Source of the DNA: Dehalococcoidia bacterium
GTDB taxonomy: Bacteria; Chloroflexota; Dehalococcoidia; Lucifugimonadales; UBA3495
DNA: 64,000 nucleotides
Assembly (NCBI GenBank): GCA_963667765.2
Contig: CAXXON010000001.1
Location: 1,151,722-1,215,721 of the forward strand
Direction of reading: 5' to 3'
Part shown: in pieces, positions 1 to 8,715 of the stretch
Numbering within the stretch: the stretch's first letter is position 1
Layout of the letters: each line of letters opens with the position of its first letter
Program-made: the position numbers and the translations under genes
Notes under the pieces: model-generated
What the model saw: only the letters and a program-made list of their open reading frames with translations
Database searches by the model: none
What the model was told of the DNA's origin: nothing

Positions 1-411
1 GCAGACACCCTGACCCGGCGGGGGCTGCTGGGCCGGTCCTGGCGTCCCCTGTGGGAGTCTCGCTCCCCGAGGCTGGCGCTGTCGGGGCTGCGGGCGTACC
101 AGTGGGACTCCCTGCGGCACCGGATGCGTCCGATAGAGGGGGTTATGTGATGGGGCAACTGGCGCGGCCCCATCTGCTCTCTACGCTCGCTGGGTGTCCA
201 AAATTGTCCCGGGAGGCCCAAAACCCGTGGTCCGGGGAGGCCGGAAAAGGCCCGAAATAGGTTGGTTCCAGCTACGAAATGGGGTTGACGCATCGCTTGA
301 ACGGTCAAGAGCAAAAATGAAAAGCGGGACTAAAATACCGGGGGTACAATGTACCGGAATTGGACAACTTGCAACCCCCCGACGTGTCAGCCGATAGCGA
401 GGTGAAGAGCG

Positions 412-591
412 ATGTCAGAGCAAGTCCGCTGGGTGTCCAAGGCGGAGGCAGCGGAGGAGCTGGAGGTATCCATGTCCACCCTGGACCGGTTGATCCGGCG
501 TGGCGAGGTCGAGGTTCGCCGGGAGGGGCGGCGGGTGTACGTGCGGATGGAAGGGCCGGAGTGTCATTTTCCGGCATCTATGATCCAGTAG
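412..591 (+). CDS. small excisionase/MerR-like HTH DNA-binding protein (59 aa, below ORF-track cutoff)
   Basis: Own translation from ATG 412: MSEQVRWVSKAEAAEELEVSMSTLDRLIRRGEVEVRREGRRVYVRMEGPECHFPASMIQ*. The EELxVSxxTLxRLIRRGEV...GRRVYV layout is the usual excisionase-family HTH pattern. It stops 10 bp before the IS21 left end. Confidence 0.4.
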   Translation: MSEQVRWVSKAEAAEELEVSMSTLDRLIRRGEVEVRREGRRVYVRMEGPECHFPASMIQ

Positions 592-698
592 AGCGAGGAA
601 TTTTCGCCAACTATATACCGGTTTAACCGGCAACATTGACCCACCCTGGGGAGCCAGTCGGCGACCATTGCCGCACTTCAGTAAAGAGGAGAGCGGCG

Positions 699-2294
699 AT
701 GGCGCACCGGGAGGTGACCAGAGTGGAAATAGAAGAAGTGCTGCGACGTTGGCAGGCGGGAGAAGGCCTGAGACGGATCGCGTCAGGCACGGGCATATCG
801 CGGATCACGGTGCGCAAGTACGTGGCTGCGGCCGAGGAGATGGGTCTTTTCCCTGGCGGACCCAGCCCTGAGGAGGAGCAGCTGAGCCGACTGGCCGGCA
901 TAAGCCAGGCGGGGCCTCGGCAGGCGCAGATCCCTTCGGAAGAGATCCTGGCCCCCTGGGAAGACCAGATTTACCAGTGGATCACCCAGGACAAGCTGCA
1001 GTTCACGCGCATTCAGGAGTTGCTGGCCCAGCGAGGCTGCCGGATCTCCTATTCGGCGCTGTACCGATGGCTAAGCCGTCGGCACTGGCAGCGCCGCCAG
1101 GCCAGAACGGTGCGGATGGAGCAGAGCGTCCCTGGGGAAGTAGCCGAGCTGGACTTCGGCCGCCTGGGATTCATCCAGGACCAGGAATCTGGCAAAAGGC
1201 AGGCAGTATGGGCGCTGTTGGTGGTGCTGGCCTACTCCCGGCACAGCTTCGTGTGGCCCGCCTACGGCCAGAAGCTGGAGGACGTGATCGTTGGCCTGGA
1301 GGCGGCCTGGGCCTTCTTCGGCGGCATTCCCAAGTACCTGGTCGTCGACAACTTCCCCGCCGCGGTGGCCGGAGCGGACGCCCTGCACCCCCGCCTGACC
1401 CGCGGCTTCCTGGAATACTCCCAGCACCGGGGCTTCATCACCGATCCGGCCCGGGTGCGTCACCCCAAGGACAAGCCCATAGTGGAGCGGAGCGTCCAGT
1501 ACGCCAGGGAGCGGTTCTTCAAGGGCGGGGAATTCAGGGACCTGGCCCACCTCCGTTCTGAAGCGGCCCGCTGGTGCCGCGATGTCGCCGGAATGCGCAT
1601 CCACGGCACCACCCGCCGTCAGCCCCTGCAGGTCTTCCTGGACGAGGAGCGAGGAGCTCTGACTCCCTGGGACGGCGCGCCCTACGAGGTCACCCACTGG
1701 CGCACCGCCAAAGTTCACCCCGATCACCACGTGGCCTGCCAGTACGCCCTTTACTCCGTGCCTTCCACCCTGTGCCCGCCGGGGCAGCAGGTGGAAGTCG
1801 GCCTGGGCTCGAAGCTGGTGCGCATCTTCTACCGGGGCCAGCTGGTCAAGGTGCATTCTCGCCAGCCCAAGGGCGGCCGCTCCACCGACACTGCCGACTA
1901 TCCGGCCGAGCTGAGCGCCTACACCCTGCGGGCGCCCGACGGCATCAAGCGCAGCGCCGCCGAGCAGGGCCCCGCGGTGGGCGAGTTCGCCGACCGGCTC
2001 TTCGACGGCGCCCTGCCTTGGTCCCGAATCCGGCAGGGCCACAAGCTCATCCGCCTGGGCCAGCGCTACACCCCGGAGCGCCTGGATGCCGCCTGCCGTC
2101 GGGCCCTGGAGGTGGATCTCATCGACGTGGGCCGCGTCGAGCGCATCCTGGTGCAGGCCCTGGAGCAACAGGAGACTCCGGAGCATCCCCCACCCCTGCC
2201 CACAGGCCGCTTCGCCCGCCCGGGCGAGGTCTTCGCCCATGCCAAAGGCCAGCGCCATCAGCCAACCGAGTCAACCGAAGGAGGTCAACCATGA
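699..2294 (+). CDS. istA: IS21-family transposase IstA
   Basis: ORF-track protein 636..2294. It has an N-terminal HTH (GLRRIASGTGISRITVRKYV) followed by an integrase-type catalytic core and the long C-terminal region typical of IstA. ATG 699 is preferred because AGAGGAGAG lies just upstream. Confidence 0.9.
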   Translation: MAHREVTRVEIEEVLRRWQAGEGLRRIASGTGISRITVRKYVAAAEEMGLFPGGPSPEEEQLSRLAGISQAGPRQAQIPSEEILAPWEDQIYQWITQDKLQFTRIQELLAQRGCRISYSALYRWLSRRHWQRRQARTVRMEQSVPGEVAELDFGRLGFIQDQESGKRQAVWALLVVLAYSRHSFVWPAYGQKLEDVIVGLEAAWAFFGGIPKYLVVDNFPAAVAGADALHPRLTRGFLEYSQHRGFITDPARVRHPKDKPIVERSVQYARERFFKGGEFRDLAHLRSEAARWCRDVAGMRIHGTTRRQPLQVFLDEERGALTPWDGAPYEVTHWRTAKVHPDHHVACQYALYSVPSTLCPPGQQVEVGLGSKLVRIFYRGQLVKVHSRQPKGGRSTDTADYPAELSAYTLRAPDGIKRSAAEQGPAVGEFADRLFDGALPWSRIRQGHKLIRLGQRYTPERLDAACRRALEVDLIDVGRVERILVQALEQQETPEHPPPLPTGRFARPGEVFAHAKGQRHQPTESTEGGQP

Positions 2295-3058
2295 CCCGAG
2301 TCACCGAACTTACGCCATTGCTCAAGCGGCTCCAGCTGGGGCCTATGGCCGCCACCCTGCCCGAACGCATCGCCCTGGCCCGCCGGGACCAGCTGGACTA
2401 CGCCTCCTTTCTGGAGATCATCCTCTCCGACGAGGTCAACCGCCGCGCCGACCGCCGTCTGGAATTGCGGCTGCGCAACGCGGGCTTCGAGGAGACCTGC
2501 CGCCTGGAGGACTTCGACTGGACGGCCGCCATTACATTGGACCGCCGGCTCCTGGACGCCGTCTTCTCCCTGGAGTTCCTCTCCAAGCACGAACACGTCC
2601 TGCTGGTGGGGCCCGCCGGTGTCGGCAAGACCTTCCTGGCCCAGGCCCTGGGCTACGCTGCGGTCAGGGCCAGCCACACCGTCCGCTTCTGCCACGCCGA
2701 CGACTTCTTCCGGAGCATGACCCAGGCCCGGGTCGACAACTCCGTCGACCGGATCTTCCGTTCCTTTCTCTCCCCGGACCTGCTCATCCTGGATGACCTG
2801 GGTCTCCACCGGCTCACCACCCAGCAGTCGGCCGACCTCTACGAGCTGATCATTGGCAGACATCGGGTCTCCAGCTTCATCATCACCAGCAACCGCAGCG
2901 TCGAGGAATGGCTCAGCCTCTTCGACGATCCCATACTGGGGAACAGCGCCCTGGACCGGCTGGCCAATGCCAGCTTCCAGATCGTCATCGAGGGGGCCAG
3001 CTACCGAGAGAAACTGTCGCCTCACCGGAAACTACTGGGTGACAGGGGAGGTGATTGA
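2291..3058 (+). CDS. istB: IS21-family helper ATPase IstB
   Basis: In-frame part of ORF 1574..3058 starting MTRVTELTPLLKRL. Walker A is GPAGVGKTF and Walker B is LLILDDLG. There is an ATGA overlap with the istA stop. Confidence 0.9.
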   Translation: MTRVTELTPLLKRLQLGPMAATLPERIALARRDQLDYASFLEIILSDEVNRRADRRLELRLRNAGFEETCRLEDFDWTAAITLDRRLLDAVFSLEFLSKHEHVLLVGPAGVGKTFLAQALGYAAVRASHTVRFCHADDFFRSMTQARVDNSVDRIFRSFLSPDLLILDDLGLHRLTTQQSADLYELIIGRHRVSSFIITSNRSVEEWLSLFDDPILGNSALDRLANASFQIVIEGASYREKLSPHRKLLGDRGGD

Positions 3059-3232
3059 CCCTTCGGCTGAAACCTGATAAAAGTCTAAATCACGGCCCCC
3101 AAGGGGTGGGTCAATGACCGCGAAAACCAGTGGTATATAGTTCCCGAAAAACGACAGGAGTATCTGAGCGATGAGGAACTGCTGCTCCGGTCCCTCGCCA
3201 GGGAGGAGGAGCTTCGGCGGACCCTGCGGGAG

Positions 3233-3475
3233 TTGGAGCAGAGCGTATTGGAATGGCAACTCCGGGCATCCGAGCTGGAGCGGGAGCGGGACGAGGCCAG
3301 GGAGTCCGCCGCCACCGCCAACCGGCCTTACTACGAGCTTGAAATGGAGCACCGAAAGGAGGTCGATGCGCACAGGGATACGAAAGAGGCGCTCATGGCA
3401 TCTCGCGTAGGAGCCCTGGTGCTGCTTGTATTGCTGGTGGGCCTCGTTCTCCTGTGGTGGTTCGTGCTGAGGTAA
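3233..3475 (+). CDS. coiled-coil protein with C-terminal transmembrane anchor, probably 5'-truncated by the IS21 insertion
   Basis: ORF-track 80 aa with a charged heptad-like region (ELERERDEARE) and then VGALVLLVLLVGLVLLWWFVL. The reading frame is open upstream to 3089 inside the IS21 end, with no start codon other than TTG 3233. Confidence 0.3.
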   Translation: MEQSVLEWQLRASELERERDEARESAATANRPYYELEMEHRKEVDAHRDTKEALMASRVGALVLLVLLVGLVLLWWFVLR

Positions 3476-3926
3476 GGACGGACTGGTTCCACCATGTCTA
3501 AACCGATGCCAATGTGAGAACTACATTTGGGCGACGATTAAACCATATCGGAATCGTTCCGATTCCTTGTCCCCGGCTTGTATGGGAGAAAGTGGAATTG
3601 GCGGACGGGGCAAAATGCACATCCCACTTTGGCTTTAGTTTAGGATTAGTCGTCGCCCGAACGCGTTCGGGCATTAAGGAAACTCGCCGCATCCGTTCAT
3701 AGGATACTATGAGCCACATAGCGCCTGACCGGGACTGACTTGAAAACACAAAACCGCATTACAGCCAGGAGTTCCAGACTCCGTCGCCTGTTCACTCTGG
3801 GCGTCCTACGTGTAATTGATGGTAGGTTCGGCTTATTCTGGGGCTGCACAGAGTACGGAGGCCAACAATCCTGCGGCTATACCAGAAACATCGTTGAGTG
3901 GCAACAACATCAAGTGAGAGGGGATC

Positions 3927-5234
3927 GTGGCCAACTCTGAACACATCAAGTGGCTCCTCGAAGGCGTCGAGTCGTGGAACGAGCGGCACCAGAACGTTCC
4001 GGGCAAAGGATATCTGTTTACTCCCGATTTTGAGGGAGCGCCTCTGTATTGGACATTTCTCGAAACTGGCAAGCTGGACGGCCGGGGAAGAATCCCCCTG
4101 GCTGGCGTGGACCTTTCTGGTGCCGACCTCACCAAGGCAGACCTGAACTTAGCTGACCTCTCTGGCGCGAACTTGGAACTTGCCACTCTCACCGAATCTA
4201 AACTGTGGCAGGCAGACCTGACCGACGCAAATCTTCATTTTGCTGACCTTACCGGAGCCAACCTGACTGCCTCGGAGCCTTGGAAAGCAGACCTCTACCC
4301 AGCAGTGATAAAGTCGCCGGAGCAACATCCTGACAGGTCGAGACCAGTTACCAACATCAAAGACTTGCTACCGAAGATACAGAGAATCAAGGATTACTAC
4401 GATCCGACGGTCTTCCTCTACTTTCGTGGTGAGTCCGAATGCGGATGGGAATTGCGCCCTTACGTGATGAGAAGCGACCTCGCCGTATATGAGAGTGAAA
4501 TGTTGACGGACCTTGTGTCGCGGCGACCCGAAGAATTTAATGATATGACATCCGTGCTCGCTCAATGGGTTCTGGCCCAGCACCATGGTCTAAAGACACG
4601 TTTCTTGGATGTCACCAGGAATCCTCTGGTTGCTCTGTTCCATGCCTGTGACAATACTGGCCAAGAGGAACAAGACGGGCGTCTTCATGTGTTCGCGGTA
4701 CCGAGGGCGTTGATTAAGACCTTCGATAGTGATGCGATAAGTATAGTCTCAAACGCCGCTAGGTTGTCCCGCTTCCAAAGAGACGCACTTCTGGGCAAAC
4801 ACTTCTCCTTGGGCAACAACAGAATCCATCGGGAAATTGAGCACTCGGAAGCCATGCGCATCCTCTACCAGTTGGTTCGACAAGAAAAACCATATTTTGA
4901 GGAGCGGATTGACCTGAGAGATTTCTACCAGGTCTTTGTCGTCGAGCCGCAGCAGTCCTCTGAGCGTCTTAGGGCACAAGCCGGGGCCTTTCTGGTATCG
5001 GCGTTTCACGAGCGGTTCGAGCGTCAAGAGATTCTGCGGTGGAATGATGGGATTCCAGTCTATGCCCACTACAAGTTGACCATATCCGGTAGGCATATGA
5101 ATCGCATCAAGGAAGACTTGCAACTGCTAAACGTCACGAGGGAGAACCTTTTCCCCGGGCTTGACTCCTCGGCCAAGTCGGTCAGTGATACCTACGATGC
5201 CTTCCTGAAGTTTGATAAGGGAGGACGACCGTAG
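3927..5234 (+). CDS. pentapeptide-repeat + FRG-domain protein
   Basis: The N-terminal segment contains about 12 A(D/N)LXX pentapeptide repeats (GVDLSGADLTKADLNLADLSGANLELATLTESKLWQADLTDANLHFADLTGANL). The C-terminal half has the eponymous FRG motif (FLYFRGESECGWELRPYVMR). GTG start with GAGAGGGGA upstream. Lies in a low-GC patch. Confidence 0.7.
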   Translation: MANSEHIKWLLEGVESWNERHQNVPGKGYLFTPDFEGAPLYWTFLETGKLDGRGRIPLAGVDLSGADLTKADLNLADLSGANLELATLTESKLWQADLTDANLHFADLTGANLTASEPWKADLYPAVIKSPEQHPDRSRPVTNIKDLLPKIQRIKDYYDPTVFLYFRGESECGWELRPYVMRSDLAVYESEMLTDLVSRRPEEFNDMTSVLAQWVLAQHHGLKTRFLDVTRNPLVALFHACDNTGQEEQDGRLHVFAVPRALIKTFDSDAISIVSNAARLSRFQRDALLGKHFSLGNNRIHREIEHSEAMRILYQLVRQEKPYFEERIDLRDFYQVFVVEPQQSSERLRAQAGAFLVSAFHERFERQEILRWNDGIPVYAHYKLTISGRHMNRIKEDLQLLNVTRENLFPGLDSSAKSVSDTYDAFLKFDKGGRP

Positions 5235-5303
5235 GTAGACTACCGCCCCACTAATCACTGAGTCCAAGTAGAGTTGCCTTGACAACGCACCATCGTATGA
5301 TCG

Positions 5304-5555
5304 ATGATGTCAAGGGTAAGACAGCTTATGACCAACCGGCTCATCAACAGGAACACCAAGACGATCACCTTCTCCCTGCCGCCTGACATGGCAGAGCAGG
5401 TGCAGGACGTGATGCGCGACGAGGGTCGCACCATGAGCGAGCTCATCCGGGAGGCCCTTCGCAACTACATGGAGGAGCGGGAGTGGCTTAGGACCATCCG
5501 GTACGAGAGGGTACGCGCTCGCCATGCTGAGCAGGAAGACTCACGAGGAGATTGA
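5304..5555 (+). CDS. ribbon-helix-helix (CopG/Arc-like) protein coupled to LSR rec1
   Basis: KTITFSLPPDMAEQVQDVMRDEGRTMSELIREALRNYMEEREW is a classic RHH beta-strand plus two helices. Paralogs precede every LSR copy in the window. The start may be ATG 5328. Confidence 0.75.
   Translation: MMSRVRQLMTNRLINRNTKTITFSLPPDMAEQVQDVMRDEGRTMSELIREALRNYMEEREWLRTIRYERVRARHAEQEDSRGD
5316..5323 (+). promoter_or_regulatory. GTAAGACA core of the motif shared by all four RHH-LSR modules (partial copy)
   Basis: GGGTAAGACAGCTTATGA. The same GTAAGACA core followed by a TAT-rich hexamer is seen at 8970-8981, 21580-21591 and 54149-54160. Here it lies inside or at the start of the RHH ORF, so its role is unclear. 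Confidence 0.25.
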
Positions 5556-5566
5556 AGGAGGACAAA

Positions 5567-7231
5567 ATGAAGCAACAGTTCCAACCCCTGACCCCGGCGG
5601 CCCTCTACGCCCGGGTGTCCAGCGACCGCCAGGACGTGGACCTTTCCGTGGCTGCCCAGCTTAGAGCACTGCGAGACTACGCCAAGAGCAACGGCTACTC
5701 CGTGGTCCGCGAGTACGTGGACGAGGCCGAGAGCGGCCGCATCGCCGACCGGCCCCAGTTCCGCCAGATGATCGACGAGGGCGGCAAGGCCACGGCTCCG
5801 TTTGAGGTGATTCTTGTCTGGAAATTCAGCAGATTCACCCGCAAGCGGGAACACGCTGTCGCTTTCAAGTCCATGCTCCGGCGCAAGGGCATCCGGGTCG
5901 TCTCCATTACCGAGCACGCCGACGACTCCCCCACCGGCAAGCTGATGGAGGCCATCATCGAGTCGGTGGACGAGTTCTACTCGGAAAATCTTGGCGAAGA
6001 AGTAAAGCGGGGAATGCGGGAGGCCGCCTCTCGCGGCTATTTCCTTGCCTCCAAGGCCCCCTTCGGCTACAACCGCATCAAGGTCAGCGACGGAGTGAAG
6101 GACCGTCCCACCCTGGAAATCGACCCGGCGGCCGCGCCAATAGTCAAGGAGATATTCGAGAGTTCCCGTCGGGGCAACGGGCTCGCCGAAATCTGCAAGG
6201 AACTGAACGGCCAGGGCATCACCAACCGGGGCAAGCGCTGGCAGAAGAACGTGGTCCACTACCTGCTCACCAACGAAGCATACACAGGGACGGCAGTGTG
6301 GGGCGTCAAGAGCAAGGACGAGAAGAACCCGGACCCGGTTCGGGTGGAGAACGCCTGGCCCGCCCTGGTGTCAAGGGAGTTGTTTGACGAGGTGCAGCAG
6401 GGACTCCACCAGCGGGCGCCCACGGTGCAACGGCCCGGACGGGTGGGCAGCCAGTACTTGCTGAGCGGACTGCTCCGCTGCGGGGTGTGCGGCAAGCCCT
6501 ACTCGGCCCAGGGGGCCAAGAGCGGCCGATTCGCCTACTACGTCTGCGCCAGCCTGTTCCGCGAGGGAGCGGGAGCGTGCAGCAACGGGCGATACCTGAA
6601 CGCAACCAAGGTTGAGGACCTGGTAATCGAGAAGGTCAGGGAGCGGATTCTCACCGAGGAGACCATCACCGAGCTGGTGACACTGGTGGCCGAGGAGATC
6701 GACAACCTGGCCGGGGAGGTCAACGGGAGGCTGACCGCAATCAACAGCGAGCTGTCCGACGTGGAGACCCGGTTGGAGAACCTCTACCAGGCCCTGGAGA
6801 CCAAGCAGTTGCCCATCGAGGTGATCTCGCCCCGCATCCTGTCCCTGAAGAGCCGCCAGGACCAGCTTGTGGCGGCGCGGGAGGGGGCCGAGGCCCAGTT
6901 GGAGCAGCGTCGGGCCGAACTGCCCACGTCGAAGGAGATCAAGGGGTACGTGGCGGACTTCCGGGAGTTGTTCCAGGAAGGGACGTTCCCGGAGCGGAAG
7001 GCCCTCATCCGCAACTTCGTGCAGGGCATCGAGGTCGTGGCAGACGAAGCGGTTCTGACGTACACTATCCCCATGCCCCAGGATGGTGTAACGTCGGAAG
7101 CGGCCTCAGTTCTTGATTTTGTCCAGTCAGGCCCACCAGACTTGACGGTAGACAGTACCGGGGCGTCCAGGTATACCTCCTCGGCGTCTTTTCCCCCTAT
7201 TGGACTATCTTGGGGCGTAGGTATTGTGTAA
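5567..7231 (+). CDS. large serine recombinase (rec1)
   Basis: Resolvase catalytic N-terminus AALYARVSSDRQDVDLSVAAQLRAL, then a recombinase domain, a Cys-rich zinc ribbon (CGVCGKPYS...YYVCAS...GAC) and a coiled coil. ATG 5567 is preferred because AAGGAGG lies 6 nt upstream. The last ~25 codons are the antisense image of rec2. Confidence 0.9.
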   Translation: MKQQFQPLTPAALYARVSSDRQDVDLSVAAQLRALRDYAKSNGYSVVREYVDEAESGRIADRPQFRQMIDEGGKATAPFEVILVWKFSRFTRKREHAVAFKSMLRRKGIRVVSITEHADDSPTGKLMEAIIESVDEFYSENLGEEVKRGMREAASRGYFLASKAPFGYNRIKVSDGVKDRPTLEIDPAAAPIVKEIFESSRRGNGLAEICKELNGQGITNRGKRWQKNVVHYLLTNEAYTGTAVWGVKSKDEKNPDPVRVENAWPALVSRELFDEVQQGLHQRAPTVQRPGRVGSQYLLSGLLRCGVCGKPYSAQGAKSGRFAYYVCASLFREGAGACSNGRYLNATKVEDLVIEKVRERILTEETITELVTLVAEEIDNLAGEVNGRLTAINSELSDVETRLENLYQALETKQLPIEVISPRILSLKSRQDQLVAAREGAEAQLEQRRAELPTSKEIKGYVADFRELFQEGTFPERKALIRNFVQGIEVVADEAVLTYTIPMPQDGVTSEAASVLDFVQSGPPDLTVDSTGASRYTSSASFPPIGLSWGVGIV

Positions 7232-8715
7232 CGCACCAGAGCTCCTCCGGGCTGCACCACGATTTCCTTGACGAAAGACTCGATGAAGCCCCGCCGCTCG
7301 GTGAGTTCGCTCTCGTTCAGAAACTTGCTCAGGTCCTCACAATAAGCGGTGATGGTTTCCACATCGTCCAAGACGACCCGCCGCTGGGACAGTATCACCC
7401 TGGCCTCCGCCGCCGTGGCCTCAAGACACTCCTGTCGCTCCCGGTGGTCCTTGATGCGGGGCTTGAAGTCCTCGATGTCCAGGTCGGTGGTCTCCGCCAA
7501 GTTGTAGAGGCGCTCCAGCCGCCGCTTCACGTCAGCCAGTTCCGACTCGGCGGTCTCCAGCCGCTGGCGCTGCTCCCGGGCGATGCCGTCCATCTCCTCG
7601 TCCACCAGCTTGACAAGCTCCCGTATGTTGGACTCGGTGAGCACATTCTCCCGGATCTTGCCGACGACCATCTCCTCAAACCTGCGGGCGTTCAGTCTGG
7701 GACAGTCGCAAGCCCCGCTTCCCCGTTTCATCAATGACTGGCAGACGTAGTAGGCGAACTTGCCTCCCTTGGAGTCCTGGCCGGACATGGCCCGGCGGCA
7801 GGCGCGGCACTTGACCAGCCCGCTGAGCAGGTAGGAGCTGCCAACCCGGCGGGGATGGACCTTCCTGGGGGCGCGGGAACTCATCTGCTTGTTGACCTTG
7901 CGGAACTGCGTCTGGGTGACTACACCGGGGAACGCCTTCTCCACCCTGACCGGGTCGCCCTTGTCCCTCGCGCCTCCGCCCCAGAGCAAAGTGCCGGTGT
8001 AGGCCTCGTTTCTGAGGATGATATGGACGCCGTTCTTGGACCAGGGCCTGCCGGTGGGGTTGGCGATGCCCTCGCCGTTCAGGGTGCGGGTGATCTCCAG
8101 GATGCCTTTCCCCGACTCCGCCAGGTTGAAGATGCGCTGGACCACGGGAGCGGTGTCCGGGTCCGGTTCCAGGGTGGGCCGCTTTTTTCCCCCGTCCTGG
8201 ACCATCAGCTTGCGGTAGCCGTAAGGGACCCGGCTGGCGACCCAGAAGCCCCTTGAGGCGGCCTCGCGCATACCACGCCGAACTTCTTCGGCAAGATTTT
8301 CCGAGTAAAATTCGTCCACGGACTCTATGATGGCCTCCATCAGCTTGCCGGTGGGTGAGTCGTCGGCGTGCTCGGTGATGGAGACGACGCGGATTCCCTT
8401 GCGCCGGAGCATGGACTTGAAAGCCACGGCGTGCTCCCGCTTGCGGGTGAATCTGGAAAACTTCCAGACCAGAATTTCGCCAAAAGGCGATTCCGGCTTG
8501 CTGGCCTCGTCCAGCATCCTGCGGAACTGGGGCCGGTCGGCGATTCTACCGCTCTCGGCCTCGTCGACGTACTCGCGGGCGATGGAGTAGCCGTTGCGCT
8601 CGGCGTAGTCGCGCAGCGCCCGCAGCTGGGCGGCGACTGAGAGGTCCACGTCCTGGCGGTCGCTGGAGACCCGGGCGTAGAGAGCCGCCGGGGTCAACTC
8701 GGTATTCTTACTCAT
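6784..8715 (-). CDS. large serine recombinase (rec2); native C-terminus replaced by read-through antisense to rec1
   Basis: MSKNTELTPAALYARVSSDRQDVDLSVAAQLRAL plus recombinase, zinc-ribbon and coiled-coil regions. Family similarity ends at ...VLSTVKSGGPD (about 7125). The remaining ~113 codons down to 6784 run antisense through rec1. Confidence 0.85.
   Translation of the reverse strand: MSKNTELTPAALYARVSSDRQDVDLSVAAQLRALRDYAERNGYSIAREYVDEAESGRIADRPQFRRMLDEASKPESPFGEILVWKFSRFTRKREHAVAFKSMLRRKGIRVVSITEHADDSPTGKLMEAIIESVDEFYSENLAEEVRRGMREAASRGFWVASRVPYGYRKLMVQDGGKKRPTLEPDPDTAPVVQRIFNLAESGKGILEITRTLNGEGIANPTGRPWSKNGVHIILRNEAYTGTLLWGGGARDKGDPVRVEKAFPGVVTQTQFRKVNKQMSSRAPRKVHPRRVGSSYLLSGLVKCRACRRAMSGQDSKGGKFAYYVCQSLMKRGSGACDCPRLNARRFEEMVVGKIRENVLTESNIRELVKLVDEEMDGIAREQRQRLETAESELADVKRRLERLYNLAETTDLDIEDFKPRIKDHRERQECLEATAAEARVILSQRRVVLDDVETITAYCEDLSKFLNESELTERRGFIESFVKEIVVQPGGALVRYTIPTPQDSPIGGKDAEEVYLDAPVLSTVKSGGPDWTKSRTEAASDVTPSWGMGIVYVRTASSATTSMPCTKLRMRAFRSGNVPSWNNSRKSATYPLISFDVGSSARRCSNWASAPSRAATSWSWRLFRDRMRGEITSMGNCLVSRAW

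Larger units (their letters stand above)
601..3150 (+). mobile_element. IS21-family insertion sequence (istA-istB), about 2.55 kb
   Basis: Terminal inverted repeats TTTTCGCCAACTATATACC (601-619) and rc TTTTCGGGAACTATATACC (3132-3150). A second subterminal inverted repeat CATTGACCCACCC lies at 634-646 and, as rc, at 3104-3116. These bracket overlapping istA/istB. Exact outer ends and the target duplication are not resolved. Confidence 0.8.

Noticed and set aside
3721-3747. GGGACTGACTTGA, resembling the LSR junction half-site GGGCCTGACTTGA (12 of 13), considered as the left att of the FRG module.
   Set aside because: Only one arm matches, the centre differs (CGGG vs CCCA), and the expected second arm is absent. 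The chance expectation is roughly 0.1 per window, so it is not strong enough to call.
3480-3930. Hairpins (GGAATCG-TTC-CGATTCC at ~3550; the 18-bp palindrome GCCCGAACGCGTTCGGGC at 3655-3672), examined as a possible tRNA/tmRNA integration target.
   Set aside because: There is no T-loop (GTTCRANYC) with a matching acceptor stem and no tmRNA tag frame. No tRNA-like sequence was found anywhere in the window.
6784-7105. The 113-aa C-terminal extension of rec2, considered as a possible novel domain.
   Set aside because: It is exactly the antisense of the rec1 coding sequence and shows no similarity to the other LSR copies. It is read-through after the junction rather than a native domain.
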